Of a DNA stretch of 64,000 nt, positions 24,061 to 34,801 are shown piece by piece (the stretch's first letter is position 1; each line of letters starts with the position of its first letter). Source of the stretch: Piromyces finnis finn (Eukaryota; Fungi; Neocallimastigomycota); assembly GCA_002104945.1 (NCBI GenBank), contig MCFH01000025.1, forward strand, positions 248,001-312,000. Direction: 5' to 3'. Below the pieces are notes generated by a model. That model had not been told where the DNA came from. It worked only from the letters and a program-made list of their open reading frames with translations, and ran no database searches. The position numbers were made by a program, and so were the translations under genes.

Positions 24061-24668
24061 GATTAAAAAACATTTTATTCATCGAATTTAAGTATTTGAT
24101 GAATAAGTTGAATGTTTGATACTCAGGTAAGTTTGTATAGTATTTAATTAGAAGAGTAATACATTTTGTTGCTGTATTTTTTTCTTTTATTCATGTATTC
24201 ATGTAGTACTACTCTTCTCTTGTAAGAATCCAATGTAGTCAACTTTAGCATTTGCATTGTATTTTTATATTCATGTAGCTATTGTTGTATTGTTTCTTGT
24301 AAGAGACTGATTCACTCTACATCATGTAAAAATACTATTCACAAGCTTTCTGGTGTCGACATTCTTGATTCAAATTTTTTACCAATTTAAATATTTAATG
24401 AAAAGTAAAGTCAAACAATTTTAGTGTCAAAAAGCGAATCGAATTTACTAACAATAAACCAAAACTAGAATTTTTAAAGAAAATTTACAACTAGAATTCA
24501 AAAAAAAAAAAAAAAAGAAACTTTAAACAAAGCATCGTAACAATTTTTGTACTATCCAGTACTTTTAAGAAGAGAGAGAGAGACAGATTTTTTTCCATAT
24601 ACGTTATATTTGTAATTTTTATTAGTATTTATTTTATATTCAATTTTTTTTAATTAGAATTAATTATC

Positions 24669-27600
24669 ATGTCAGTCCTTTATATTAAAGATAAGAATTA
24701 TATCAGACGTGGTACCCGGTCTTTTGGTATCCCCTTAGATGATATTCGCTCCTTCTTTATCCGTGGTATTCGATCATGGTCAGTAAATATGCTATGGGAA
24801 AAACTCGAGGTTATTCTAGATGATAAATTTAATTCAGTTATTAGTGTTAAATATTTTCAGACTTTCAATGATCACTTTTTCTTAGTCAAGGTTCATGGTT
24901 CATCAAAAGATTGTATTAAAATCTTACACATGTTAAAGAAGAAACTTTCAGTTACCTCAATTTCCTTTTCAGCTCGTAGTAGAAGGAATCACAAATACAC
25001 TTTTTCCACTCTCAAACGTAAAATTTTAGTTTCTAATAAACATCAACATTCTATTCAACAATCATTTCAACAATCAGTTCAACAATCTCATCAACAATCC
25101 GATCTTCAACAAGATCTTCAACAAGATCTTCAACAAGTTTCCCATCATGAAAATATTCCAGATCTACAGCAAATACAATTTCAATCTCAACATTCAACAA
25201 TTAATTCTAATAGCTCTATCAACTCTGATAACAGTTCAATAGTTGATAGTTCTTCAGTTTCACAGCCATCTAGTAATAGTTCTACTTATTCCTCTGATGC
25301 ATCATCCATTAATAACGATGACTTTAATAATAATAATAGCAACGATTCTTCCTCATCCAACAAGCCTGATAACTTTTCTTTTTGTCTTAGTTGGAACACC
25401 AATGGGTGGAATCACGAAAAGAGAGATAGTATTAGCTATTTCACAGCTATTTTCAAACCATTATTTCTATGTTTCCAAGAAACTGGTAATGGTTCTGGAT
25501 CGAATACAGATTATCCTTGTCGTGTTACTTTGCGAAACTATAGACACTTTTTCAAGAAAGCTGACGAATCAGTTCCAGGAATGAGAGGTTTATATTTAGG
25601 TTTTCACAATTCGTGTCAAGCCTCACTTGAAAACTTCTCTGGAAAGTATATTATTTCTATTTATACTTTTAGTCTCTGGAATAGATTCAAATGCTCGATT
25701 GGTAATGTTTATATGCCTCATAGTCATCACAACATCTATGTTGATCATGCAAAGTTAGAAGTTCGCTTGTGGTTACAAACTCATTCATCCCATCCATCGA
25801 TTCTTGTTGGTGATTTTAATATGTCTAAAGTAAAATTATCCAACTGGTTATCAACTAATGGATTAGGAGATTGGGAAATTCTTCCGCTTAGAGGGTCGAC
25901 TATCTCTTGGACTCGAGGTGATCAATCTTCCGACATTGACCATGCTCTTATCAATTCGAAGATGAAAGATCTTATTCACTCAGGATCATTTATAAATAAT
26001 TTTTATCCTGTATCAGACCATAAGCCACTTCTTATTAATGGTAAAATTATTCCTATGGAAGATTTTTCTAATGACTTTAATGTTCCTAAGAAAATTCTGA
26101 AATGGAATAGATTAAAATGTATTGAGGAAAAGGAATCTATTCTCAGTCATAATAAATTCCAAATACTTTCAGCAAAATTCAACGATCCTAATGTTTCTAC
26201 AGATGAACTTTCCAAAGAGTTTACTTCAACTGCTTTTTCAATTGCAGACGAGCTCAGTATTACCTCAGCAAATAATGTTATAAAGTCTTCATTTCATATT
26301 TCACAACAAATTTTTAATCTTCAAAAAATCAAAATGAAGTTGTATAAGAGATTTAAAAAAGAAAGAATTTATGATATAGATGAATTTATTAAAAGAATTA
26401 AAATCTACCGTAAGCTCATTGATTACATCCACAAAAGATGTAATGAATTTAGGAAACAAGAATATCTTCATTGGATTAAAACAGGATGTGAGTATATGAA
26501 GAGTCATAATCCTAAGAAGGCCTGGAAATGGATCAAGAAAACTGCAAAAATTGGAAAAGATTCTTTCTTTATTGCTCAACCAATTAAAAATAAAAATGGA
26601 GAATTAGTTGTTGCTACAGAAGAACAACTAGATGTGTGGCATGATCATTTCGAAAATCTTGCATCAGATCCAAGTGGTGTAAGTCTTGATTTGGAGCATT
26701 GGTATGAAGAACCAATGAATAAACGTTTTTCACTTCCTATGCTTGATGAGTGGGATATCAACCAAGATATTAGTATTGATGAAGTCAAGTCAGCTATCCT
26801 CTCTACTCCAAATTATAAAGCATCAGGTCCGGATGGTATTCCAATTGAATTTTACAAAGCATTAATTCCATCAAGTAATGATTCTAATAATGCTACAGGT
26901 AATAATTCTTCTGGTAATACTACTTCAGATAATGATGCTCATGGTTTAAATTTTATTCTTAAATTATTTAACCGTATTTGGGATGGAGATTTCCCCAACT
27001 CATGGAATGAATCCAGTATTGTTTCTATTCCTAAGAAGGGAGATTTGACAGATTGTGATAACTATCGAGGTATATCACTTATCAATAATGGTATTAAGTT
27101 GATCTCCAAAATTGTCACCACTAGAATCTCAGAATATGGTCTAAAGAATAATTTCATTAGACCTGAACAATTTGGTTTTCGAAAAAAGGAAGAAAGTATC
27201 AGTCTTTTCATTTCAATCCAAGAAATATGCCGTAGACGTCAATTAGATAATAAAGAGACATATTTGGCCTTTTTAGATCTCAGGAAAGCATACGATTCAG
27301 TCCCAATCGGTAATATTCTCCATAAATTAGATTGTTTAGGAATCCGAGGTAAGAGTTTACAATTTATCAAAAATTTATATTTAACATCTAAGGCTAATGT
27401 CAAATTAGATGGACAATTCTCGAAATCTTTTGATGTGAAGAAAGGAGTCCGTCAAGGTTGCCCACTTTCGCCTATTCTTTTTAATCTCTTTATTAATGAT
27501 ATATTTAAAGAGTGTGAAGATCTAGGAGTCAGTTTAGGTGACACTCGATGCTGTGGTGGACTTTTTGCAGATGATATAGTTATTTGTGCTCCAACAAGAG

Positions 27601-29204
27601 GATGCTTAAAAAAGATGCTTAGAAGAGTTAATGAATGGGCCTTGTATAATGAAATGGAATTTGGTATCCAGAAATGTTCAACGATGGTGATTCGTCCTGA
27701 ATCAATAGAAAATCAGAACAAGAGAGATCCAACATTTTACCTAGCAGGACAACCCATTCCAACTACTGACTGCTACACTTATCTTGGTGTTCCATTTGAT
27801 AAGAATTTGTCCCTTAAACCAGTAATTAAAGTTCTTAATAACAAGGTTTTGAAAGGACTTTTCTCAGTCAGTAAATTCTTAAGAAATCCTAATATTCCTA
27901 TTCCTTTCAAAAAACTAGTACTTAACTCACAAGTGATTAGCAGAGTTTCATACTTTGCACCATTACTTGGATCCAACAAAGCTAGGTCTAGGATTGCTCA
28001 GAAGCATGTTAACAAAGGAATACGATGGGTTGCCGGAGTTCATAAAGCTGTATCGTTTATATCTTTATACTCTATCTCAAAAGATTTGAATATTCCTCCA
28101 TTGTCAGCCAAATGTGCATTAGCTCAGGTTAGATGTTTTAACAAATGGAAAAACTCAAATTGTATTATCTCACACCTTGTCAATTACATTCCTAAATTTA
28201 GAAAATACACGTGGTGCAAATCAAGTAGGACACTTGAAAAAAAACTAAAGAAGCATGGAGATGTTAAAGCAGTTAAAAACTTTTATTGGAAAGATCTCAA
28301 AGGGAATTCAATCAAAGCGCAATATTATGATGATAATAAATTTATTGAAACTAAAGATTTTATTAAATTATGTTATGAGTACCCAGAGTTTGCCTATGGC
28401 TTCTACTGGCTATTGAAAGCAAGAAGCGGATATAAGTTGGATGCTAGAGTTGCCAAAGCTGCTAAATTTGTTGATCCAGTTTGTCCTAACTACTGTCCAT
28501 GTTGCAAGTGTGGAGATCAAAGTATTAAACATTGGTTATTAGATTGTCCAACATTTAGAGATATCCGTATTAAACATTATGATTCCATAGTCCAGCTATT
28601 AAATTTTTTCAGTCAACGTAATTCCAATAGTCCTATCAATAATAATGAAATTGATAATGTCAGTAGAGATAGCAATAACAGTAATAGTAATAGTAACAAT
28701 AATAATAATAACAATAGTAATAATAACAATAGTAGTAATAGTAATAATAGAAATAGTAATAATAACAATAGTAGTAATAGAAATAATAATATTAATAATG
28801 ATAGCAATAGTGAAGATAATAATTCTAATTTAGATAGTAATTTAGTTAATGATAGTAATAGTTCTAATAATCCGGTGAATATTAATGTGTATGATTATTC
28901 TAGTGTGTGCAGTAAAATATTTAAATTCCTTCTTGGGGGAAGAAGTTTTAACAATATCAATTACAATTCAAGGGAATGGAAAGAACTTTGTAAGCATCAG
29001 ATTCAATCTGGTACTAATGAAGGAACACCATTCTTGACGGTAACCGCGGAACTTCTAACCAAAATCATGCCTTTTGCTATTGGCCAGCAATGGTCAATGT
29101 TCAAAAGGTTTGAAGCAACATCCAAGAGCGTCAATGCTGAAGAAACAGTAAGACAGGCCAGGAGGGCCAGCGCAACCAATGGAGATCATAATTTTGTTCC
29201 ATGA
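24669..29204 (+). CDS. LINE polyprotein: N-terminal domain, Q/S/N linker, AP-like endonuclease, reverse transcriptase, CCHC zinc knuckle (1511 aa)
   Basis: APE motifs SWNTNG, LCFQET, VGDFN, SDIDH, SDH; RT motifs GPDGIP, YRGISL, QFGFR, LDLRKAYDSV, GVRQGCPLSPILFNLFIND, LFADD, YLGV; C-x2-C-x8-H-x4-C (CPCCKCGDQSIKHWLLDC). Confidence 0.97.
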   Translation: MSVLYIKDKNYIRRGTRSFGIPLDDIRSFFIRGIRSWSVNMLWEKLEVILDDKFNSVISVKYFQTFNDHFFLVKVHGSSKDCIKILHMLKKKLSVTSISFSARSRRNHKYTFSTLKRKILVSNKHQHSIQQSFQQSVQQSHQQSDLQQDLQQDLQQVSHHENIPDLQQIQFQSQHSTINSNSSINSDNSSIVDSSSVSQPSSNSSTYSSDASSINNDDFNNNNSNDSSSSNKPDNFSFCLSWNTNGWNHEKRDSISYFTAIFKPLFLCFQETGNGSGSNTDYPCRVTLRNYRHFFKKADESVPGMRGLYLGFHNSCQASLENFSGKYIISIYTFSLWNRFKCSIGNVYMPHSHHNIYVDHAKLEVRLWLQTHSSHPSILVGDFNMSKVKLSNWLSTNGLGDWEILPLRGSTISWTRGDQSSDIDHALINSKMKDLIHSGSFINNFYPVSDHKPLLINGKIIPMEDFSNDFNVPKKILKWNRLKCIEEKESILSHNKFQILSAKFNDPNVSTDELSKEFTSTAFSIADELSITSANNVIKSSFHISQQIFNLQKIKMKLYKRFKKERIYDIDEFIKRIKIYRKLIDYIHKRCNEFRKQEYLHWIKTGCEYMKSHNPKKAWKWIKKTAKIGKDSFFIAQPIKNKNGELVVATEEQLDVWHDHFENLASDPSGVSLDLEHWYEEPMNKRFSLPMLDEWDINQDISIDEVKSAILSTPNYKASGPDGIPIEFYKALIPSSNDSNNATGNNSSGNTTSDNDAHGLNFILKLFNRIWDGDFPNSWNESSIVSIPKKGDLTDCDNYRGISLINNGIKLISKIVTTRISEYGLKNNFIRPEQFGFRKKEESISLFISIQEICRRRQLDNKETYLAFLDLRKAYDSVPIGNILHKLDCLGIRGKSLQFIKNLYLTSKANVKLDGQFSKSFDVKKGVRQGCPLSPILFNLFINDIFKECEDLGVSLGDTRCCGGLFADDIVICAPTRGCLKKMLRRVNEWALYNEMEFGIQKCSTMVIRPESIENQNKRDPTFYLAGQPIPTTDCYTYLGVPFDKNLSLKPVIKVLNNKVLKGLFSVSKFLRNPNIPIPFKKLVLNSQVISRVSYFAPLLGSNKARSRIAQKHVNKGIRWVAGVHKAVSFISLYSISKDLNIPPLSAKCALAQVRCFNKWKNSNCIISHLVNYIPKFRKYTWCKSSRTLEKKLKKHGDVKAVKNFYWKDLKGNSIKAQYYDDNKFIETKDFIKLCYEYPEFAYGFYWLLKARSGYKLDARVAKAAKFVDPVCPNYCPCCKCGDQSIKHWLLDCPTFRDIRIKHYDSIVQLLNFFSQRNSNSPINNNEIDNVSRDSNNSNSNSNNNNNNNSNNNNSSNSNNRNSNNNNSSNRNNNINNDSNSEDNNSNLDSNLVNDSNSSNNPVNINVYDYSSVCSKIFKFLLGGRSFNNINYNSREWKELCKHQIQSGTNEGTPFLTVTAELLTKIMPFAIGQQWSMFKRFEATSKSVNAEETVRQARRASATNGDHNFVP

Positions 29205-29438
29205 CAAAATTTTGATCTTTGGCTCGGTGTCCCATTGGAAGTCAAATACAATTATTATACTTTAGTATGATAGTGGCTTTCTTACTTTAATTAAAATTAC
29301 TAGAATACATTATACCCAATTTTTATTCATTTGTGTTTATTTAAACATATTTTTTTTATTTTTATTTATTTTTAATTTTTTATTACATGTATTATAATTT
29401 TAATTAAATTAATAATAAAGTTTAAAATATTTGATGCC

Positions 29439-29482
<44 letters not shown>

Positions 29483-29485
<3 letters not shown>

Positions 29486-30060
29486 TTCAAATTATAACAA
29501 TTATCTTGGTGTTTCACTCACAAATCAATGTTGAATTAAATATACTCTCAGATTATTACAAATAAAATATCAATGTATGATTTTACTTGTGGTTTCATTA
29601 AACCTGAAAAAATTGGATTCCGTAGTAAAGAAGAATGCATTAATTTATACATTTCAATTAAAGAAATCTATCAGAAAAGAAAAATTAAAGATAAATTCAC
29701 CTACCTCGCTTTTCCTGACCTTAAAAAAAAAAAAAAAACTTATGATTCTGTTCCAATTTTCAATATCCTCACTAAACATAACAATGACATAGTGATGTAT
29801 GGTAGGTACCTTTAATTTCTTACTAATCTGTACCTTTTTTCGAAAGCTCGTACAATTTTCAATGGTAAAAATTTTAAAAATGTTTTAAATTCATTGTAAA
29901 TATTCGTTATCACCAATTTTATTCAAATTTATTTATTAATGATATTTTAATAATTGCAAAAAAATATGGTGCTGAGGGTAAAAAAAAAAAAAAAAAAAAA
30001 AGATGTAGCGGACTCTTTGCTAATGATATTGTTACAGAGCTCCTTAAATAAATGATTAAA
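29483..30060 (+). pseudogene. Right half of the old LINE RT relic (insertion target of the young LINE)
   Basis: NNYLGVSLTN ~ DNYRGISLIN; FIKPEKIGFRSKEECINLYISIKEI...YLAFPDLKK..YDSVP ~ FIRPEQFGFRKKEESISLFISIQEI...YLAFLDLRKAYDSVP; later SPILF/NDI and GLFA-DDIV remnants with frameshifts. Confidence 0.85.
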
Positions 30061-31928
30061 AGATTGGTGAATATTTCGGATGTGTCAGAAAATAATTTTA
30101 AAGTATTATATGTATCCTACTAGGCGGAAACACAATATTTTAAACGTTAAGTCAGGAGGAGGAAAGAAGGCGATTAATAAATAATATTTTTTTTTTCAAT
30201 ATTTTTCTCCAAAGTCATCTTTCCTGTATTCTTATGTTATAGAATTCTTTACTAATATTATGTCGATTGTGATTTGTGACTTTTACATAATGATCGATAT
30301 GTATTAAGTACTCTGAGTACAGCATTAGATCAACCCATTTATCGAGAGCGTGGACATCAAAAGGATAAGACCAAAAAGAAATTCTGATATAGAATTGAAT
30401 GATAATAATAGTAATCCACAAAGAATATTATCGAGGAATGAGAAGAGTTAAAGACCCTTTTATCCTTTTTACTTATTATGAAGTTTTTTTCTTCTTCTTT
30501 TTTATAAATTTATATTTCATTTTTATTTTTTATTAAATATAGTGTATTTTAATTAAATTAATTTATTCATAAATAAAATTATATCATCAAACTCAGGAAC
30601 TAATATATATATATATTTTTCTTTTTAGTAATATAGGACAAGTTGATGAACATATTAATATATTTAATGTATTTTGTATTTTGTAGTATTGGATCTCAAC
30701 AGATATGAAATTTTTTCAAAAGACTATTTGGTTGCAAATTACTCAAATATTATATTTAAAGTAAATAGTAATATTTGTTAATCATAAAAAAAAATAAAAT
30801 TACTATTATTTTAATTTTTTATAATTAATAATTATAGTAAATTGATTATATATATATATTACTATTTAATGAATTAAACATAACTTTGATTTATAAAAAA
30901 ATATATAAAGTATAACTAAACGTTATAATGCTTTAAATATATATATATATATTTTAATCATATAGTTTGATGACATATTTTTGATTTAAACCTAATAAAA
31001 TTTTATTTTATTTAACAACAAAGTATAATTTTGGTCTTTAATCATCATTTCTTTTTTTTTTTCTTTGAAGTGATGGTAGAGACTTTCAATATACATAATA
31101 CTGTGATTTATGCTAGTACTTTTAGGTGTATTGATGCAAACTAAATATTCTTTACTTAGGATATTAATACAATTACAAAGAACCTTTTCTTTTTTTTAAT
31201 AATAATAAAAAGATTAGGCACCTTAGAAATCTACATCTATTAAAATTATACAATGAAAATATAAAATAAAGAGAAAGAAAAATTAATTTTAAAAAAAAAA
31301 CGGGTCATTTTTATTCTAGCTTGTAAACTTTATAATATTAAAGTAGCTAGTGATTTTCAATTTATATATAAGAAGAAAATAATAAAAAGGAATATATCAA
31401 CTTTTATTTATACTGTTCGAAACATAATTATATTATTTATAATAATGAAACAATAGTAAAACTATAAAAATATAATAAATTTGAAGAGGGAAATTAGAAA
31501 ATGCATTACTTATACTCATCAAAAAATCTATAACTAACTAAAAGTGATATTTAGCATTCAAAAAAATGAAGGCATGAAGTAAAATTTTTCTTATTTTATC
31601 AATTGCTATAAAAAAAGAAAATTCTTGGTTATTGATTTGATTAAAATGAAATAGAACACAAAGGTTTTTTTTTTTTTTTAAAGAAGATGTTATAAAAAAA
31701 AAAAGTTTTGTTTTAACCCTTTTTAATTTCGTGTATTTTAACATTGATAATAAATTGATAATAAAGCCTTGAATTAATATAAATAAATTAAAACTTTGTT
31801 TTTTGATTATATATTTAATATATTACTGTTATTATATTTATATAAAATTATTAATAATTTCTACGAATATTCCTGATACAAAACTAATATTATTTCGTAA
31901 ATTTAATTTAATATAAAACTTAAATTAA

Positions 31929-31959
31929 TGTTACACCAAAAGGTTAAAATTTTAGCCAA
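31929..31959 (+). promoter_or_regulatory. Conserved upstream module TGTTACAC ... TAGCCAAT (CCAAT box) of the Cys6/GPI gene family
   Basis: (T/C)GTTACAC recurs at 31929, 34001, 36478 and 38158 upstream of all four paralogs; TAGCCAAT follows in the three intact genes. Function inferred only. Confidence 0.5.
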
Positions 31960-32270
31960 TAGTTTTATACAAAAAAAAATTATATAAGGAAGTATTAAGA
32001 GTTGTTTAATTTAGGTTTATAATTATGTCAACTTTATTAATATATTTTATGATAAAGAACTACTTGCGTTACATTCTTCTAAAACTACATGTATTTATAC
32101 ATTTACATTGTGGCTTAAACATATAATCAAATACAATATATACAAATACGTTTTAATACATTTCAATACATTTGAATACATGTGACATAACGTTTCACAT
32201 ATTCTAACAGGAAGAGAATCAATTTTTTTTAATATTAAAAAAAAATTAAAAAAACTATTTAATTATATCT

Positions 32271-32271
32271 A

Positions 32272-32350
<79 letters not shown>

Positions 32351-32351
32351 A
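32271..32351. repeat. (TAAA)n microsatellite
   Basis: Direct reading; just upstream of ATG 32396. Confidence 0.95.
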
Positions 32352-32395
32352 TATTATTATTTTTAAAAAAAATTCAAGTAAAATAATAACTAAAA

Positions 32396-33184
32396 ATGAA
32401 GTTTTTAATTAAGGCTTTATTACTTGTTATTTCAATTGCAGAGATTAATGGTAGGGCTATTAAATTAACACAAAAATGTGAAGCTGCTTTAGAAAATTTA
32501 AAGAATGATGAAAAATTTTTTAATTGTGAAAAAGCTATTTTAAATGAAGATGTATCTACTGCTTGTTCTTATTGTACAAAGTTAAGTTTTACAAAAGAAG
32601 TTGAAACTTACTGTTCTTCCAATCCAAATGATAAATTTATGTTGGATGAAAGTGAAAAAGGTATTGAAATTATAAATGAATCATTCAAAAAACTTTGTAA
32701 ATATCCTTCTGAGTTTAAAGAATCATTGAAAGAATATAATAGCTCAATTAAAAACGATTCTTACGATTACTCTACTTACACCAACAGTGATTTAAATGGC
32801 AATAAATATGGTAGTAATGATACTTCTAATAATGATTCAAATGACAATAGTTTTACTAGTAATAGTACTACTAACAATAGAGCTGCTAATAATAGTTTAA
32901 ATAACAATAGTATTGCTAATAACGGAGCTACTAATAGTGGTGTTAATAACAATGGTTTATATGGAAGTGATTCTACTAATAATGGTGTCATTAATAATGG
33001 AGCTACTGTTAATGGTTCTCCTGATAACACTGCTACTACCAATCTTAACAATGTTATTCCAGAAAATAATAATACTAATGCTCAATCTAATACCAATAAT
33101 TCTGATGCTACATCTTCTAGTTCAAAATTATCCTATTCATTAGTTACTGCTTTTGTTTTAGTTGCCTTCAACTTTTTATTATAA
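32396..33184 (+). CDS. Secreted, probably GPI-anchored Cys6 surface protein, paralog 1 (262 aa)
   Basis: Signal peptide MKFLIKALLLVISIAEING; C-x15-C-x12-C-x2-C-x12-C-x27-C domain; N/S/T-rich stalk; SSSSSKLSYSLVTAFVLVAFNFLL C-terminus. Confidence 0.85.
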   Translation: MKFLIKALLLVISIAEINGRAIKLTQKCEAALENLKNDEKFFNCEKAILNEDVSTACSYCTKLSFTKEVETYCSSNPNDKFMLDESEKGIEIINESFKKLCKYPSEFKESLKEYNSSIKNDSYDYSTYTNSDLNGNKYGSNDTSNNDSNDNSFTSNSTTNNRAANNSLNNNSIANNGATNSGVNNNGLYGSDSTNNGVINNGATVNGSPDNTATTNLNNVIPENNNTNAQSNTNNSDATSSSSKLSYSLVTAFVLVAFNFLL

Positions 33185-34123
33185 GTAAACTTAATAGTAT
33201 TTAAAGATACTCAATAATAATCAAAGATAAAATATTTGATAATGAATCAAAATAAATAAAAAGAAGTACAAATAGTAAGTTAATAAAAAAAAACTAATTT
33301 TTATTATTAGTATTATAGAATAATGAGCAAAGTAATATAAAAAAGAAATTAAATATAAAAATAATAAAATAATAAAGTAATTCAAAGCTTTATTATTTAT
33401 AAAGAAAACTTAAAGAAATTATGTAAAAATAATATTTAGAAATTAAAAATAAAAAAAAAAAGAAATAAATAAGATATAAAATAAAAATATAAATAGTTTA
33501 TTAAAAATAATAAATATTTTTTTATGTAATTTTTTTATGTCAATTAGTTAATTCAGTTTATTTGAATGATTATTAATATTAAAAAATTGTATTTAAAGGT
33601 ATTCAACATTAGTTAAATAAATATTTTATATTTAGTAGTATCCGTTGTATGAATTATTTACTCCATTTTTAATTATAATAGTAAAATATTTTCAGATAGT
33701 CTTATTAATTATGTCAGAAGCAATATTATTATAAGGATGATTTTAGATTACTATTTTAGTAAATACTAATGCTTATAATTAATGTTGTGTATTTAAATTC
33801 ATAAAATCATATTTAAGAGAAAAAATGAAATTTTTACAATAATTTAAATATGGCACATTTATGGAAAATCCTCTTAACCCTTTTTTTTTTATTATTTAAA
33901 TTATTAATAATAATTTTGTAACAATTTTCAAGAAATAATTGTTACAAAAATTAATAATTTTATAATACTCTGAAACATTTAATTTAATTTAAGAAATTAA
34001 TGTTACACCAAAAAATTAAATTAATAGTTCTGGTCAGAAATAAAAAATTATAAAAAAAAAACTATTAAATAATAATAATAATTATTATATCTATAAATAA
34101 TTAAGGAAAAATAATAACTGAAA

Positions 34124-34801
34124 GTGAAGTTTTTAATTGAAGCTTTATTACTTATTGTTTCAATAGCAGAAATTAATGGTAGAGATATTGATATATTGAT
34201 TTAACATCAATATGTATGGTTTTTTGTTGAAAATCTATCAAATGATAGAAAAATTTCTTAATTGTGAAAAAAACTCTTTTAAATGAAGATATATCTAATG
34301 CTTGTTTTTATTGTTCAAATTTAAGCTTAATAAATGAAACGTCTTGTTTCCTCCGATCCAGACGATAAGTATGAATTGGATATAGCTAAAAATAATTTTA
34401 ATATAATTAATAAAGTATATGAAGAAGATTATAAACATCCTACGAAATTTAAAGAAGGCTTAAAAGAATATAAGCAATATTATAATAAAAAAATTTCAAC
34501 TAACTACAATTTTTACAATAAGAATATTTTCACTAACAATGGTGCTACTAACAATAGAACTACTAAAATGGTTTAAATAACAATAATTTTGCTAATAATG
34601 GTGTTACTAATAATAATGGGTTTTAATAACGGAACTATTATTAATAGTGCTTCTGATAACATTAACAATACTGTTCCAGGAAATAATACTGTTACTAATT
34701 CATCCAGTGCTAACAATTCTAATGCTACATCTTCAAGTTCAAAGTTATCTTGTTCTTTAGTTACTGCTCTTACTTTAGTTGTTTTCAACTTTTTATTATA
34801 G
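34124..34801 (+). pseudogene. Pseudogene copy of Cys6/GPI paralog 1
   Basis: Start mutated to GTG (GTGAAGTTTTTAATTGAAGCT vs ATGAAGTTTTTAATTAAGGCT), early stop and frameshifts; C-terminal SSSKLSCSLVTALTLVVFNFLL retained. Confidence 0.88.

Larger units (their letters stand above)
23770..29482 (+). mobile_element. Full-length APE-type non-LTR retrotransposon (LINE), ~5.7 kb, apparently intact
   Basis: Perfect 13-bp TSD TATTTCAAATTAT at 23757-23769 and 29483-29495; poly(A) 29442-29482 (41 nt); ~900-nt 5' UTR; single uninterrupted ORF; ~240-nt 3' UTR. Confidence 0.95.

Noticed and set aside
30215-30421. 68-aa minus-strand ORF as a gene or relic of a LINE N-terminus
   Set aside because: Only faint resemblance to the LINE N-terminal domain; too weak to support.
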